Positions 38,721 through 52,620 of a stretch of 64,000 bases of DNA are shown piece by piece. The notes under the pieces were generated by a model. The model saw only the letters and a list, made by a program, of their open reading frames with translations. It made no database searches and was not told the DNA's origin. Made by a program: the position numbers and the translations under genes. Source of the DNA: Rhizophagus irregularis (taxonomy: Eukaryota); the NCBI RefSeq assembly GCF_026210795.1, contig NC_089430.1, positions 4,774,001 to 4,838,000 of the forward strand, in the 5' to 3' direction. Each line of letters starts with the position of its first letter. Position 1 is the stretch's first letter.

Positions 38721-39649
38721 TTTTGTTTCCTATCACTTCTCACTACTCTTTTTTACTCCCTTTCATCTTCTATTACTTTCCATTACTTCATTGTTATTTC
38801 ATTTTTTTATTAGCATCTTTCTTCTTGATCATTGTAATTTACTTATCTTTTTATTATTGCTATTGTTTCTTTTATTTGTATCACTTCATTAAAAATACAG
38901 TGATTTTTTTCTTTAAAAATTGTAAATGTGTAATTTAAATTTTAATATTTGCAAATAAAATTTCATTAGATAAGATTATTTTGAATAAATATGTTTGCAA
39001 AAAAATTTTTTTTTAAAATATCTTTTGCAATCAAAAATTAGCTAAGTTAAAAAAATCAGCCGTCAGCCAATTAATAAATTTACTCTACATCATGTGACAT
39101 ATTTGAAAAAAAACCCCAGGCGACGCCACGTTTAGCAATTCCCTCAAATTTTTACTATTTTACTATTTTTAACTTATAATAAACTGAAATCTTCCATTTC
39201 TCTATACTTAATTTACTCATTATAAATAGAAAAAATCATTTGTTTATTCATTTTATTTAAGAAAAAGCTAGATTTAAAAAAATTTATTTATTTTAACGAA
39301 GCTTATTTATAAAGGAGAGATCAACAATTTGTATATTTATAAATTGTAGTCAATTTTTTTTTCAATAACTTTCACTTAAAAGATCTTTTAAAAGCATGTC
39401 AAGGTTGTCAAGCTCCCCCATGAAAATGACCTCTTGTTATATTAAGATAAAATTTATAAAACATAATTTAAATATTTATTGCTTTATGTCTAAATCAAGA
39501 CTCCATTCGGGACTTAACTTAGTAATAATATATTATCAGTTATTCAATTTCAGAATAATAAATCGCTCTATTACATGTAGTTATAATTTAAGTCTGTAGA
39601 TTGAAATGGTGAAACTCTCTTATTTTTAGTTCTTAAAATATGGTAAACA

Positions 39650-40107
39650 TATTTTTTTAGGAGCTGGTTTATCTTCAAATTTTAATCAATTAATGATATC
39701 ATTTCACACTATGTATTATTTTAAGAGCAGCAATTTTAAAGAATCTTTTTTTTTGGTCTCCTTTTTTTGTCTTTTTTTTTAGACTAGATCATTTTTTTTA
39801 ATATTATTTTTTTTGGTTTCTTTTTGTTAGACCGGATTTTTTTAATATTTTTTTTTTAATTTTAAAACCGAGATTTTCTTTACAATTTTTTTAAAACTGA
39901 ATTTTTAATATTTCTCATCCCGATTTTTTATTTTCTATAATCCATAGAAACAATAAATTTCACTAAACTCAACCTAGGTAACTCATTTACATTAACTTTC
40001 TTACTACATGGTTAATTTTACCTAATAATATTAACAATTTACTTTAATAATTCGTTTTTATATAAAAACAACTAAAGAAAAGAAAGAAATTTGACTTACG
40101 CACTAAC
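39650..40107 (+). mobile_element. Degenerate Helitron-like remnant related to 3496-4300
   Basis: 39750-39850 resembles the reverse complement of 3990-4110. A decayed cgcactaacgctgc hairpin precedes cagtaagt. Confidence 0.3.
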
Positions 40108-40297
40108 GCTGCAATCCTACAGTAAGTATGATTTTTTATTTTTTATTTTAATAATTTTTTTTTCTATTTTTTCTTTTTTTTTCGTTCTTTCACACCTTTA
40201 TTATTTATCTCAACGATAAAATCCTATTTATGTATAAATAAATTGAGAAATGAAAAATTAAAAATAAATTGAATGTAATAAAGATAGAATCCATTTA

Positions 40298-42328
40298 TTA
40301 ATTATTGTGTATTCTTCCAACACTCGCAACAGGTTCAAATTTTTTTGGAACAATGTTTTTTCCGATATGTCTTTCAAAAATGCAAACATACGAGTAAGGA
40401 ATTGGAATTTCAGTTGGTTTAAATACTTCATCAAGTCGTTTCATTTTTTTTTTTTGAATTTACGATAGTAAATATATTTTTTTTAAAAAATAAAAAAAAT
40501 TTTTAAATAGTTAAACTTACTTAAATAATTCAAGTGATCTAAGATTTTCTTCAAACTGGGCGACTGCTCTGGCACCAATTGTAGAAGAGTTTTTGTTGAA
40601 CCCAATTTAAAGCAACTTATTTATAAATTTTAAAACTATAATTTTTCATATTTTTGTCCGGAGGACAATATATGAAAAAAAAATCGATCACATGAATTTC
40701 TCTGTCCGCCACGTGATCGTCACCCAATGAAATCGCAAATTTTAGTTTTCTTACAACGGTTCTCGTTTCCTAGTTTTAATATAAAAGATTGAATGCGATA
40801 ATTACCTGAACAGGAGTTCTACCAATATCTTTTGAATGGCAGTAATTTCGTCTAAAATTTTCCAATGTTTGAATGTTTTATAACTGATAGACCGCGAGAT
40901 ACTGGTTTAATACAGCGGCTGATTCTCTCGTATATTTTCCGGTAAGAAAACTATTATAGAACAATCAATATAACGTTATTATTTTAACATAAAAGAATGG
41001 GATAATAATTAATTATTACCTTTCGACAGTGACACCCCATAGAAGAATTCCAACCTTTTAAAATATGTATTTAATTCTTATATATAGTTCAAGTGTAAAT
41101 TTAGTTTATACACACATCAAGTTCACACAAGCAGGTTGTAAGACAAATTCTAAAGATCGATCCAACAAGTTATAACGTGATTGAAGTCCAATCAATGAAA
41201 GGCCTAAAGTACAGTTGATAAATGAGCGTTTACTTAACATCTTTAGTTTCTACCAAGTAAAAGTAATTATTAAATTTCTACCTCCATCCACGTAATTCTG
41301 CAATAGCATTAGCTCGAGCGAGTTCCCAAGATGGAGTGTTGCTTATAGCAACATATAAAACCTAATATTTATTTTTTAATAATATTTCAGTTAGAGAACA
41401 AACTTATTTTGAATTAAAAACGATTAACGATCTCATAAATTCTTCAATCGGAATAGCAATGAACATATAAAATATCAACATAACTCATATTTAACCGTTT
41501 AAAACTTTCATCTAAATTTCTATAAGACTCTTTCGGTGATTTCCTCTTAAATATACATATATAAGTTGTCAATTAATTTGCCGTCCCTGTAAAAAATTTT
41601 TCAGACAAATGATCATGTGTCTGAGTTTCTTCGGAATAAAAACTAGAAAAATGTAAGTTTTTTCCAGAATTTTTTTTTTATAAGGACGTTATTCGGATTG
41701 AATCTCTTATCCTTTTGTATAGCACTAAGAATTAAATTTCAAATTTTGAAAATTATCGAAATTCAACTAAAATTAAAGATATTACATAAACAGTTTGTTG
41801 TAATCACAACATCGGATCGTTTATCGAAACATAATCACCGAGGAAACGTTCACTCTGAGTATTTTATTAATAAATATTATTATTGTATTTAACTAAAAAC
41901 ATTTGCCTTTTTATTACTTACTTCATGTAGGTATCTAAAGATAAAGTCAACTGATTGCGTAACTAAAACAAAAAAAAATTCCGCCCTTTTCATAATAAAG
42001 ATCAAAAACTTTTTTCATTTCCTCTTTATTACTACCATATCCCTATTTATATAACGTTAAAATATTGAGAAATCATTTTTTTTTCTTTTTTAATCACTAA
42101 TTCAAATTAATATTCAACTTACCCATTGTTCTCCAAAAGTCTTCAAATATATGTTAACAATATATAATGTTATTAAATATTATAACTAATTATTTATATC
42201 ATAATTTTGGCAAATTTTAAAAAATGTTCTTATCGAAGTTTCAAGACATATTGAGGAACTCTTAATCCACTACGTCCCAATAAATCATAATCATCGAGAG
42301 CTTTACTAGTGGAAGTATCGTGAGTCAT
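40298..42328 (-). pseudogene. Aldo-keto reductase (aryl-alcohol dehydrogenase-like) pseudogene, copy 1
   Basis: MTHDTSTSKALDDYDLLGRSGLRV, then a frameshift. Lost donor sites, a deletion after GGIFF/DT that removes the catalytic Tyr region, and intron insertions. Colinear with 46803-48830. Confidence 0.85.
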
Positions 42329-44399
42329 TTTCTTAAAATAAAAATTTTGATAACTTTCAAGATTTCAACTTTCGTAGTTTCGTAAGTTTTAATTATTTAT
42401 GTAATTTGTATATATTTCAATAATTTACTTTAAAAACCGTGGCCTTTTGGTGAGTATTTCTGTATTTAATTCTTAGCAAATTTACCAGCGTTACACGGTT
42501 AATCAAAAGTGATAAAAGGTAAAAATAAAATTGAAACAAAAGAGATTTAAAAGTAAATTGACCAAGCAATTAACGTGTATATAAAACACAAATTAAACAA
42601 AAAAGTGATTGAGTAAATTGACTAAGAGAAATTTTGACAATCATACAGTATCTTGAATTGAAATTGGGCGCATTTTTTAGTATTTTTGGGTGAAGATGTA
42701 GTTCAAGTTGCGTCATTTGTACGGTTTTGACGTATCAAAATATTATTTATTTTTTTGTGCTTATCACTCTTTTAATTAACGGTATATACAATATATTTAT
42801 CTCTCTTTGGCTTATTCTTCTAAAGTTTTCTCTTTTATTTAATTACAAGCATAATTATGATAGATGATTCATAATTTTTGGGATCAAAAATTTCACTTTT
42901 AAACCGTTAAATTATTATTTTAGCTGCGCCTTATAAATTTGTTTTTTTTTTTAACCTGCAGAACACCGATCTCACATGAATTATTGTCGAGACGAGATGT
43001 TCCGCGTTTGCCCATAATTTTTTTGATAATAGGGATCACTTTTTTTTAATCAAAAAGATAAATCGTTTATTGAAAACCATTTTATCAGAATTTTGGGCAG
43101 AATTAAAAATGGCATGAAACTCAGCCCGCAAATATTCGCTAATGCCGGTGCGGAGATGAACGTTACGTAATACATGAAACGAAAAACGAATTATGCTTGT
43201 AATAAATTATCGAATAAATTTACAGTTGCCCGAAAGCGTTTGTCGATTGTCGATTTTGCCTTGATTAAATTATAAAATTGTAAATATTAAAAATATTTAT
43301 TGGTCATTTATCATCATTTTTGCAATCAATATTTTCACTATAATAGATAGAAGACAAACATTTCATTCTTATTGTAATTTCTAGTTGTAAGAATTACGAA
43401 TTTTTATAAGTTTTCTAAATTTTGACATTTTACTTACCGTCCAAGTTCCAAGAACCCTATGAATCTAATTCCATAGGGTCCCAATTGTTAAGAACAATAA
43501 AGAGCGTACTCAAAAGGGTCGTCGTTTTTAAAAAATTTTCAGTTATTTATGATTTCTTCTATTTTATTTACTTTACTAAAAAGTAAATAAACGAATTTAC
43601 TTATTTCATTACAATTAGGACAAAACTTTGGAGGAGTTTTTTTTATCCTCTTGTCAGAACGAATTTTTTGAACGTATGGGCGGTATGGCGGTGTTCTACC
43701 AGTTTTTGTCCATGATAATTTTTTTTTCAGTTGTTTACCAATTTAATGAGTTAAATGGATGTTTGAATACCTAACTCCGATTATATTGGTATCATAAAAA
43801 TTGTATCGAATCTTTGTATTATCCGGCCGGTAATAAATAATGTTAATTTTTGATTAGTTTATGTATATTATTTTAATAATTACTAGTAATTAAAAAATTT
43901 TATTTTTTCAGGTTTGAAAAAGAGGACCAAAAATAGAAAAAAAAAATGATGCGATCAGCCGCAGTATATCGGAGGATTAATTTTTTTTTATTTCCAGTTT
44001 TTTTTTCATTGTCAAAACAATTGTATTGTCAAACAATTGTATTATGCATGATACTATACTCCCTAACTATCTTATTATAGTCACTGTGTATTCGAAAAAG
44101 TATTTATATACCCTTAATACCCCCTTTTTTTTTCATCATCTTTTTTTTCGTCAGCTAACAATATTATATATACACACTATACTTTCGTCATTTTTTTTTT
44201 CAAGGTCTATCTTCTTTTCTTTATTATGTCTTCTATCTCTTAGGCCATTTTCTTTACGTCTTCCTTTAGAGAGTGTGGGTTGGGTTTGTGTGTGGTTATA
44301 TCATATTTTTTTTCATCTTTTTTTTAGGACTATCTTCTCTCTATCTAGGTTTTCTATTAGGTCTTCTTTTAGACTCTTTTTTTTGTTTTGTTGTCCTTT

Positions 44400-44790
44400 T
44401 TTTTATTTCATCATCCTTTTTTTTGTTTCGTCCTCCTTTTTTTTAGTTTCGTCCTTCTTTTTTTTTGTTTTGTCATCATTTTTTTTGTTTTGTTGTCATT
44501 TTTTTTTAGTTTCGTCCTCCTTTTTTTTTAGTTTCGTCCTCCTTTTTTTTTAGTTTCGTCCTCCTTTTTTTTTGTTTTGTCATCATTTTTTTTTAGTTTC
44601 GTCATCATTTTTTTTGTTTTGTTGTCATTTTTTTTTAGTTTCGTCCTCCTTTTTTTTTAGTTTCGTCCTCCTTTTTTTTTAGTTTCGTCCTCCTTTTTTT
44701 TTGTTTCATCATCTTTTTTTTATTTTTTTACTTCATCATCATTTTTTTCGTTTCGTCATCTTTTTTTGTTATCTTTTTTTTCATCTTTTT
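44400..44790. repeat. 21-bp T-rich tandem repeat
   Basis: ttttttttagtttcgtcctcc and variants, more than 10 units. Confidence 0.85.
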
Positions 44791-44979
44791 TTTAGGTCTA
44801 TCTTCTCTCTGTCTGGGTCTTCTCTTTATTAGGTCTTCTTTTGGCCTCTCTCTCTTTAGGTATGTGGGTTGGAACTCGCAAAAGGTTGAACAAGATATAT
44901 GAGAGTCATTCCTAAAAAATAGGGAAGGTTACATATATCATTTTTATCTAATATTAAAGGTATGTTGAACTGTTTTCGT

Positions 44980-45560
44980 AAAGCTATCTGGTGAAGGTGA
45001 ACAAGTGGATGCAATGATCAAGGAAGTTACGGCAATCTTGTGAGCTGGCAGGTCTATCTATGATAACTCTGTTAACTGACGGACCTGGCTGAGATACGAA
45101 TAAGATCTTCTCAGTGTTGAGGTCTACTATTCCGCAATGAGGAATAGTTATGTGCCTTCCTCAACTTTGACTCATGCAATTGATTTGTTCTCATTGAGGA
45201 CTTTTGAATTCAGAGAACTGGAAGCGCTTCGTGGCCACAGTTTTACTGTGAACGTCCTTCTCTGTTTTCAGAATTTCTGGATGATAACAAATCTCTTGTG
45301 TGTCCAGGAGAGATGTCAGTGAACGGACACAATAACCTAAAGCTGTGTTTTTGTAAGTTCTTTCAAATAGATGCTTGTAGCTATACCTTTTATTGTGCAG
45401 TTTTCAGGAACGGACGGTGAAAATATCGACACTAATATATAGGAAGAAGATCCGGACTGCTTCGTTATGTTACTTGATACTTTAGAAGGATACTGCCTCA
45501 CGTCACTACCAGATAGCGGGATGAAATTCGTACTTAGCGAGAGCTAACCATCCTTTTTAA
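44980..45560. other. GC-richer, hairpin-dense non-coding block (possible structured RNA of a retroelement)
   Basis: At least 8 adjacent or nested stems and an H-type pseudoknot are visible (see findings). Confidence 0.4.
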
Positions 45561-46802
45561 TTTATAGATGTCCCACAAGAAATTTGTAAGAACAACATTT
45601 AGTTATAATGAAGTGTTGGATGATGATTCTGAGGGTCATGTGATATATTATATAATATAGAGTTGATTCCGATTTTAAAATCAAATATTAATTCAGATGC
45701 AGTAATGCAGTATCATTACAGGGTGAATTAAAGTAGTAAAGTTAAATTCTAAGGTAAATTAAGAATTAATCATCTGCAGGTTAAGTATTCGCTTATTTCA
45801 GCAAGAATAAATAGTATTGACACGAACAAATGTTTAAGATTGATTATTGAAAGATCTCTTACGGTAACATACAAAGAAAAAAATTAAAAAAATAGTAAAA
45901 TTTTTTTGATTGTAAGAAAAAGAACATGATTTTAACATAAATTTTACCGTACTTGTAACTGCGTACATATATCGATGATTTGTAACTATGACTTCATCAC
46001 CATCACTGCCACTATTCGTCTGAACTGCATGTACTAAAATTTAAACAAATATGATATTTTATCCGTATATACCATAGTCAATTATCATCTGAGGCTGAAA
46101 TTAATAAAATGATTCGAGAAACTTTATACCGTGTATGCAGTATACATATTTTCTGGAAATATTTGTTGAACATCTAATGAAATTTTTGAAAGGTCATTTT
46201 ATTTTCATGCTGAACAAAATTTTTTCGTCAACGTCTACATTTTTAAATAATTTTTAGCCATACCGATCATTTCATCTACCTAACCCGCTTAAACAGATCA
46301 CTCGTAAATACCACGGCCTTTAATCCAATATCAAAAGAAAAATTCTATTCGAAACATTCTTCCAAAGAAGCATTTGAAAAAAGTGCAATATTAACTAGAC
46401 CAGTAAATAGTCTGAACACGAATGATGACAATAATAAACTGATCTAATTTATAGAAAAAATAGTGAGTTATTGGATAAAGGAAAATCTGGAAAATAATGA
46501 AAACAATGATAATAAATAAAACTATTGATAAAAATAATATATATATATAAAAAAAATAAAAAAAAATTTCCCAAAAATGAGAAAACCTTCGGCAACGTCT
46601 TCAGCTTAAAAATAATAAAAATAAAAAGAAAAAGAAAAATAATATAAAAGAAAATTCAGTAAAAGTCACTGGAACGTCATTTCAAAAGAAGTAAATTCTT
46701 CAAGAGGATCGTGTCAAAAGTTCTGAATATTTTATTTTATTGAAGAAAAAATATATTTATAAACAATCGAGAGAAAACAAAAATTGAGCCTTGTGAAATA
46801 AA

Positions 46803-48830
46803 TTAAAGATTTATTCTTCCAAAGTTACATGAAGTCGAGATAGCTTCAAATTTACGAGGCACTTCAATGTTTTTTCCGATGAATCTATCATAATTGCTAA
46901 CAAACGAATTAGGGAATGGAATTTCAGCTGGTTTAGATGCTTCATCCAGTCTTTTCACTTGTTCAGGCGTCAATCTGATAATATTAGAATTTTTTTTTTT
47001 AATTTACGTTAGTAAACAATTTTTTTTTTAAAAAAAAAACTTTCAAACAATTATACTCACTTGAATTCAAGTGATTTAAGATTTTCTTCGAGCTGAGTAA
47101 CTGTTCTAGCACCAATTAAAGGAGAAGTAATTCCAGGTTTTTGTTGAACCCAATTAATATTCAATTGTTGAAAACGATTAAAAACTATAGTTTTAAGATT
47201 AAATACCACCTGAACAGGAGTTCTGCCAGTCTCTTTTGAAACAGTAATTACTTCATCTAAAATCTTCCAATTTTTTTCGACTTTTGAATGATCTGCTACT
47301 TTATGACTGCGATGTTCCGATTTTAAGTTAGCAGCTGATTCTCTCGTATGTTTCCGATAAGAAAACTATTATGAAAATAATTAATATTATGAGTATGATA
47401 TTATAATATAAAAAAAAAGAATCAATAATTAATAATTACCCTTCGGCAACGGCACCCCACGGAATAATTCCAACCTAAAAGTTTTTAAATAAATATAGAT
47501 TTAGTAACTTTAGTAACCGTACATAATTCAAATAGAGTATAATTTTATAATACATACATCAAGTTCAGCACAAGCAGGTTGTAAATCAAATTCTAATGAT
47601 CGATCCAATAAACTATACCGCGTTTGAAGTCCAATGAAAGAACTAAACACGTTTGATGAAAATGTATTAACTTGAAGCCCATCTTTAATATCTACAAATC
47701 AAAATTAGTGTACCTCCATCCACGTAATTCTGCAAATGTATTAGCGCGAGCGAGTGCCCAAGATGGAAAATTGCTTGCAGCAACGTATAATACCTATATA
47801 TATATATATATTTTTAATAATGATATTTAGAAAAATTATTTCGAGCAAACATTATAAAATAATAGTTTATTTACTTTTCCACTTCGAACGGCGTCATCTA
47901 ATGATCTCATAATTTCTTCGATTGGAGTTCGAAACTCATAAACATGAACATATAAAATATCGACATAGCTCATGTTCAATCGTTTCAAACTCTCATTAAG
48001 ATTCTCCACAAGACTTTTTCGATGATTTCCTCCTATGTATTTAACAGTTAAGTTACATTTATTATCAATCAACATAAAAAAATATTTAATTTTGTATTAT
48101 GAATAGTCTACTAGCTCACCTAAATTCGGATTGAGTCTCACATCCTTTTGCATAGAAGTTGTATTACCTAAGAATTAAATCTAAAAAATTATTGAAAATT
48201 CAAATTTGAAACGACATTATTTAGTTAATTCATGGTTCATACACGTATATTTTGTTGCAATCACAACATCGGATCGTTTATCGGAAACATAATCTCCAAG
48301 GAAACGTTCGCCCTAAATATTTTATTAATGGACATTAATATTTAGTTAACTAAAAAAAATTTTTTTTTTTTTATTACTTACTTCACCATCATTATAATTG
48401 CAGGCAGTATCTAAAGATTTGCGTATTATTAAATAGGAAATTTTCTATAACATTAAATCAAGTGATTGCATAACTGAAAAATTACCAAAAAAATTTCCGC
48501 CTCTTTCGTAATAAAGATCAAAAACTTTTTTCGATTCTTCTTTATTAGCGCCGATTCCCTATTTTGAAGTGTTAATATTCAGAAATTCAGAGATCTTTTT
48601 TTTATCATCAATTCAAATTATATAAATAACTTACCCATTGTTCTCCAAAAGTCTTCAATGTATAGAATATGTTAACAATATATGTTTTGTCAAAGATATT
48701 TATTTAGCTTACAAAAATGATCTTACCGCAGTACCAAGACATAATGGAGAAACTCTCAATCCACTACGCCCCAATAAGACATAATCATCGAGAGCTTTAG
48801 CGGTTTTAGTAGACGAAGTATCTTGATATT
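46803..48830 (-). pseudogene. Aldo-keto reductase (aryl-alcohol dehydrogenase-like), copy 2; near-complete but damaged as assembled
   Basis: LLGRSGLRVSPLCLGT, GGNFF/DTACNY, IATKY, GNHRKSL..SLKRL..YVDILYVH, SPLIGARTVTQLEENL. No in-frame ATG seen, a -1 frameshift at ~47352, and a deleted acceptor at ~47155. Confidence 0.8.
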
Positions 48831-50446
48831 CTCAAAAATAAATATTCTTAAAATTTCTTGTGATTTATATTTATATATAAATGTTTGCTTGTTTCTTTTT
48901 TTATAAATTAAATTAATTGTGATGGCTCTTTGATTTTCTGGATAATTCTTTGCCCGAGTTAGCTTAAAAAAATATGAGCAAAGTAACCAAAATGATAAAT
49001 TTATAGAAATAAAAATGTGACATAATACTGCCCTTAGTATTGGTTTTTGATGACGTTGGAATTTCTCATTGGCTTGAGACTTAAAAAAAAATGGTCTTTA
49101 GAAACTTTCATCGAAGGAATTCGAAAGTGGGTAAAGTGGGTTGAGATGGCTAATATGGTTAATATGGTTAATATGGGGAAACCCTTAATATGGTTTCACA
49201 GAAAAACATGATTGAAATCCAATCTAAACAAGTAAGGCTAACCACATTTACCATACTAGTAAATCACCAGACTTTCCTTTTTTTCATCTTTCGTTCTATC
49301 ATGAAAAAATTTTTTAGACTTAAACCTATTTATAAACTCTCAAATATTTTATTGAATGTCTCTCAATAAACTTTTTATTATTTTTCAATTTTTCATCAAA
49401 CTAACTGTAGCATTCGTCATAGAAATATTTTTTTTTATTTTCAGTGCGATTTCAGTTGGCAGCAGGTTTAAAACTTAATTTTCCCCGAGCTTGATTAAAG
49501 TAAATAGCCTTTGGAAGATTAAGTGAAGTTGCCCAGTAGACCCGAAACTACTTGTATCTCTATTTTATAATGTTGGAGTAATACTCGTGATTTAGGTGAA
49601 GTCGCTCAACAGTTTTCATATATATTTGGAACAAAATCCGTGTAGAAATTAGCGTATTAGCGTAGCAGTACTAATTTTTTAAAAATAACTAAGATATTTT
49701 TTGTAATTATATTAAAGGATATTTTAGGACACAGTATCTGGTATATTTAAATCAATCGCATATAAAAATTTTTAAATGTGAAAATCATCGCTGTAACTAT
49801 ATATCAATCTGATGTGACACCAATTTTTCTAAAATCAACCCTAGTCTGATGATCTCAAGCTATGTATATGTAATCTTATCGGATAATTTGACGGAATCCG
49901 TCAAATTATTCGCCGAAGCGCAGTCTTTTAAAATTCTTTTCAACATAAAAAAATTTTTTTATTATGAAAAAATTAGACTGGGTGAAAAGGATAATCCAGA
50001 TATAGTAGTTCGTTCAATCCGACCAATTCGACCAATGCGCAGAAGATAAGTGACTTTTTTAGAAATTTTTTAAACGAGACTCCACGAATTCCTTTTAAAC
50101 GTTTATTATATGTAAGTAAAAATCATTTGATTCGGATTCGGTCATAAGAATTTTAACACGCTATCAAAATCCTACATTTTTTCATGAATATATAAGTAGA
50201 AATGAATTTTAATTTTATACATGAAACAATTCTTTCGAAAAACTTAGTTCAAGGTACGATTTAAGGCCTTTCTATTTGTTAAGATTTTTTATTTTAGCTG
50301 CGCCTTATTAATTCTTAATCTTTGCGAAAATAAGTCATTTTCACCAAGACTAATTGCAATCATTGAATAATTAAAAAAAAATTATATTTATATATAATTA
50401 AAATATTAAAATAAAAAATATATGATATTTATACGAAATTTTTTTT

Positions 50447-52620
50447 TCATTTCATTATTGTTTTTGATAGATGGGAATTAATTTTAATGTATTTTCCTAA
50501 AAAAAAGTAAATAATAAAAGTAAATAATAAAAGTAAATAATAATATTAAAATAAATTTTAATCAAATAAAATATTTACCATTATTTTCATAAGAATTAAT
50601 ATTTAATTCTTCAATATTTCTCTTAGTTCCAAGTACGTTTGATTTGTTACTTATATAAAAATTGTGAATTATTTGGATTTAAATTATAAATAACTTAACA
50701 AATATTTTTTTTATCTTTTAAATACCTTTCGATATCTATGTCAAATTCTAGCTCTTTTGAAATATAATCTATAAAAAAAAAAAGTAATTTAATTAATTTG
50801 ATTTATTCATCGAAAAAAAAAGATGACTTTTATTTAAATAGTTTAGTACGTATTATTTAATGTAAAATTGGTAGATGAACATTTAGAAATGTAAGAACTT
50901 AAAGGTCTACTTGTATAAACAGCTTTTGGATGAGGTTTTTCACTAAACTTGGGACCAAGCTTCTTTGAGTCTATTAACATTATCCTTTTAAATTCAGCTT
51001 GATAAAATTGATAAATAACATTTCCTCCAAGATTCCATGAATAACAAATCTTCTCAATCTCATATATAGAGGGTCTTTTTTGGGATCAGGATCCCAACAA
51101 CTTTTCATTAAATCAGCATAACATTCTGGTGTATCTTCTGTAATTTCAGGTCGTACACTATCAATAATATTAAAAATAAGAATATGATCATGTTCAACAT
51201 TAGCAAAAGGCTTACAACCTGTTGTAAGTTCCCACATAATCATACCCAAACTATAAATATCAGATTCTTTAGAAAATGCAGACCCTTTAAATATTTCTGG
51301 TGCAATATAAGGTATCACACCTAGTGTTTGGATCCGAATCCGGTTTGACCCGGGTCAATCCAGATAAAGTGCGATTATCCGGGTAAAAACCGCGGTTTTA
51401 TCCGGATTTCGTCGGATTTTATCCGGATTGCAGATTTCGGATAAACTGTTGTATTTCATGAACTAATGATCAGAACTTTATGATTTATGGCTTGTTTGAA
51501 AGCTCTTAGTGTTACAAATACGATCATAGTACTCAAATTTGTTGATAATTGGATTTAATTCCACCTTTTACAAAATTAAAGTTTTTATCCGGATTGAGTA
51601 ATTATTTTATCCGGATAACGGTTTTTATCCGGATCCAAACACTAATCACACCATAAATTTCATTATCCGATGAGGTATCATTTGCAGATCGTGATAATCC
51701 TAGATCTCCGATTTTACAATTTACGTAATATTTGCTTGGCAAATCTACCACATCTTGATGTATAAAATTTGCATTATGAATAGCCTCAAGTCTAAAGTAA
51801 AAATAATGAATTTAAATTTATTATCGTGAATTATTTATTAACCAATAAATTTAAATAATAAATACCCAATTAAAATATTAATTAAAATATGTATTTTCTG
51901 TTGCCAATTGATTTCTGCAAATTACTTTTGTAAATACTTATGTAAATCTCTTTCTGATGCATATTGTATAACTAATATATAATCATTCAATTTTGGATCT
52001 TTTGTAAAACCAAATGTTTTAATAACATTATATATAGATTTATAACAATGATGATTTGTTTTCAACTATAAATTTCGATTAGAATTAAAATATTTTTAAT
52101 AAACATTAAGTGAATAAATGTAAATTATTAAAATATTTACCTCACTCATAAATAATTTTTAGCATATTGAGAGTTTTTAAATCTTTTTAAAATGACAAGC
52201 TTATCTCTATTTTTCGTATCATAATTCGTTAAATATTTGGAACCATCTATCAAAGTTGCTAGATATACAATACCAAATCCTCCTTCTGTTATTTTTTTTA
52301 CATTTGTAAATTGAGAATATGATATATATTTCATTAAAAAACTTTACCACATAAAGAATAATCACAAATTTTGGATGGAACGAAATATTTATCAATATTT
52401 TTTAAATCGTGAAATTGATATAATGACGATCATTAAAATCACAAATCAGAAAACCGCAATCATCCATAATAAAATGTCTATAAACTGTCAAAACATTATA
52501 TTGAGTTTCGTTATAATACAAAAAAGACTCATTTTATTCAAATATGGTTTTCCGTAGTAGTTAATTATCATTAAAAACTAAAATATTATTTTTTCATTCT
52601 TTTTTTTTTTTGAGATCCAT
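50447..52620 (-). pseudogene. TKL-type kinase pseudogene
   Basis: GGFG, VILKRF, IGDLG, YGV|IPYIAPE and DIYSLG are present. The catalytic loop is altered or deleted (FIHQDVV), with a MITE insertion, frameshift and decayed 5' end. Confidence 0.85.
51322..51644. mobile_element. hAT MITE (323 bp)
   Basis: TIR tagtgtttggatccg / cggatccaaacacta. Perfect TSD atcacacc. Internal atccggat motifs. Confidence 0.93.

Noticed and set aside
44026..44553. Phe-rich membrane-like ORF (also 5401-5678, 38480-38938, 3793-4587)
   Set aside because: Translations of T-rich or A-rich low-complexity tracts.
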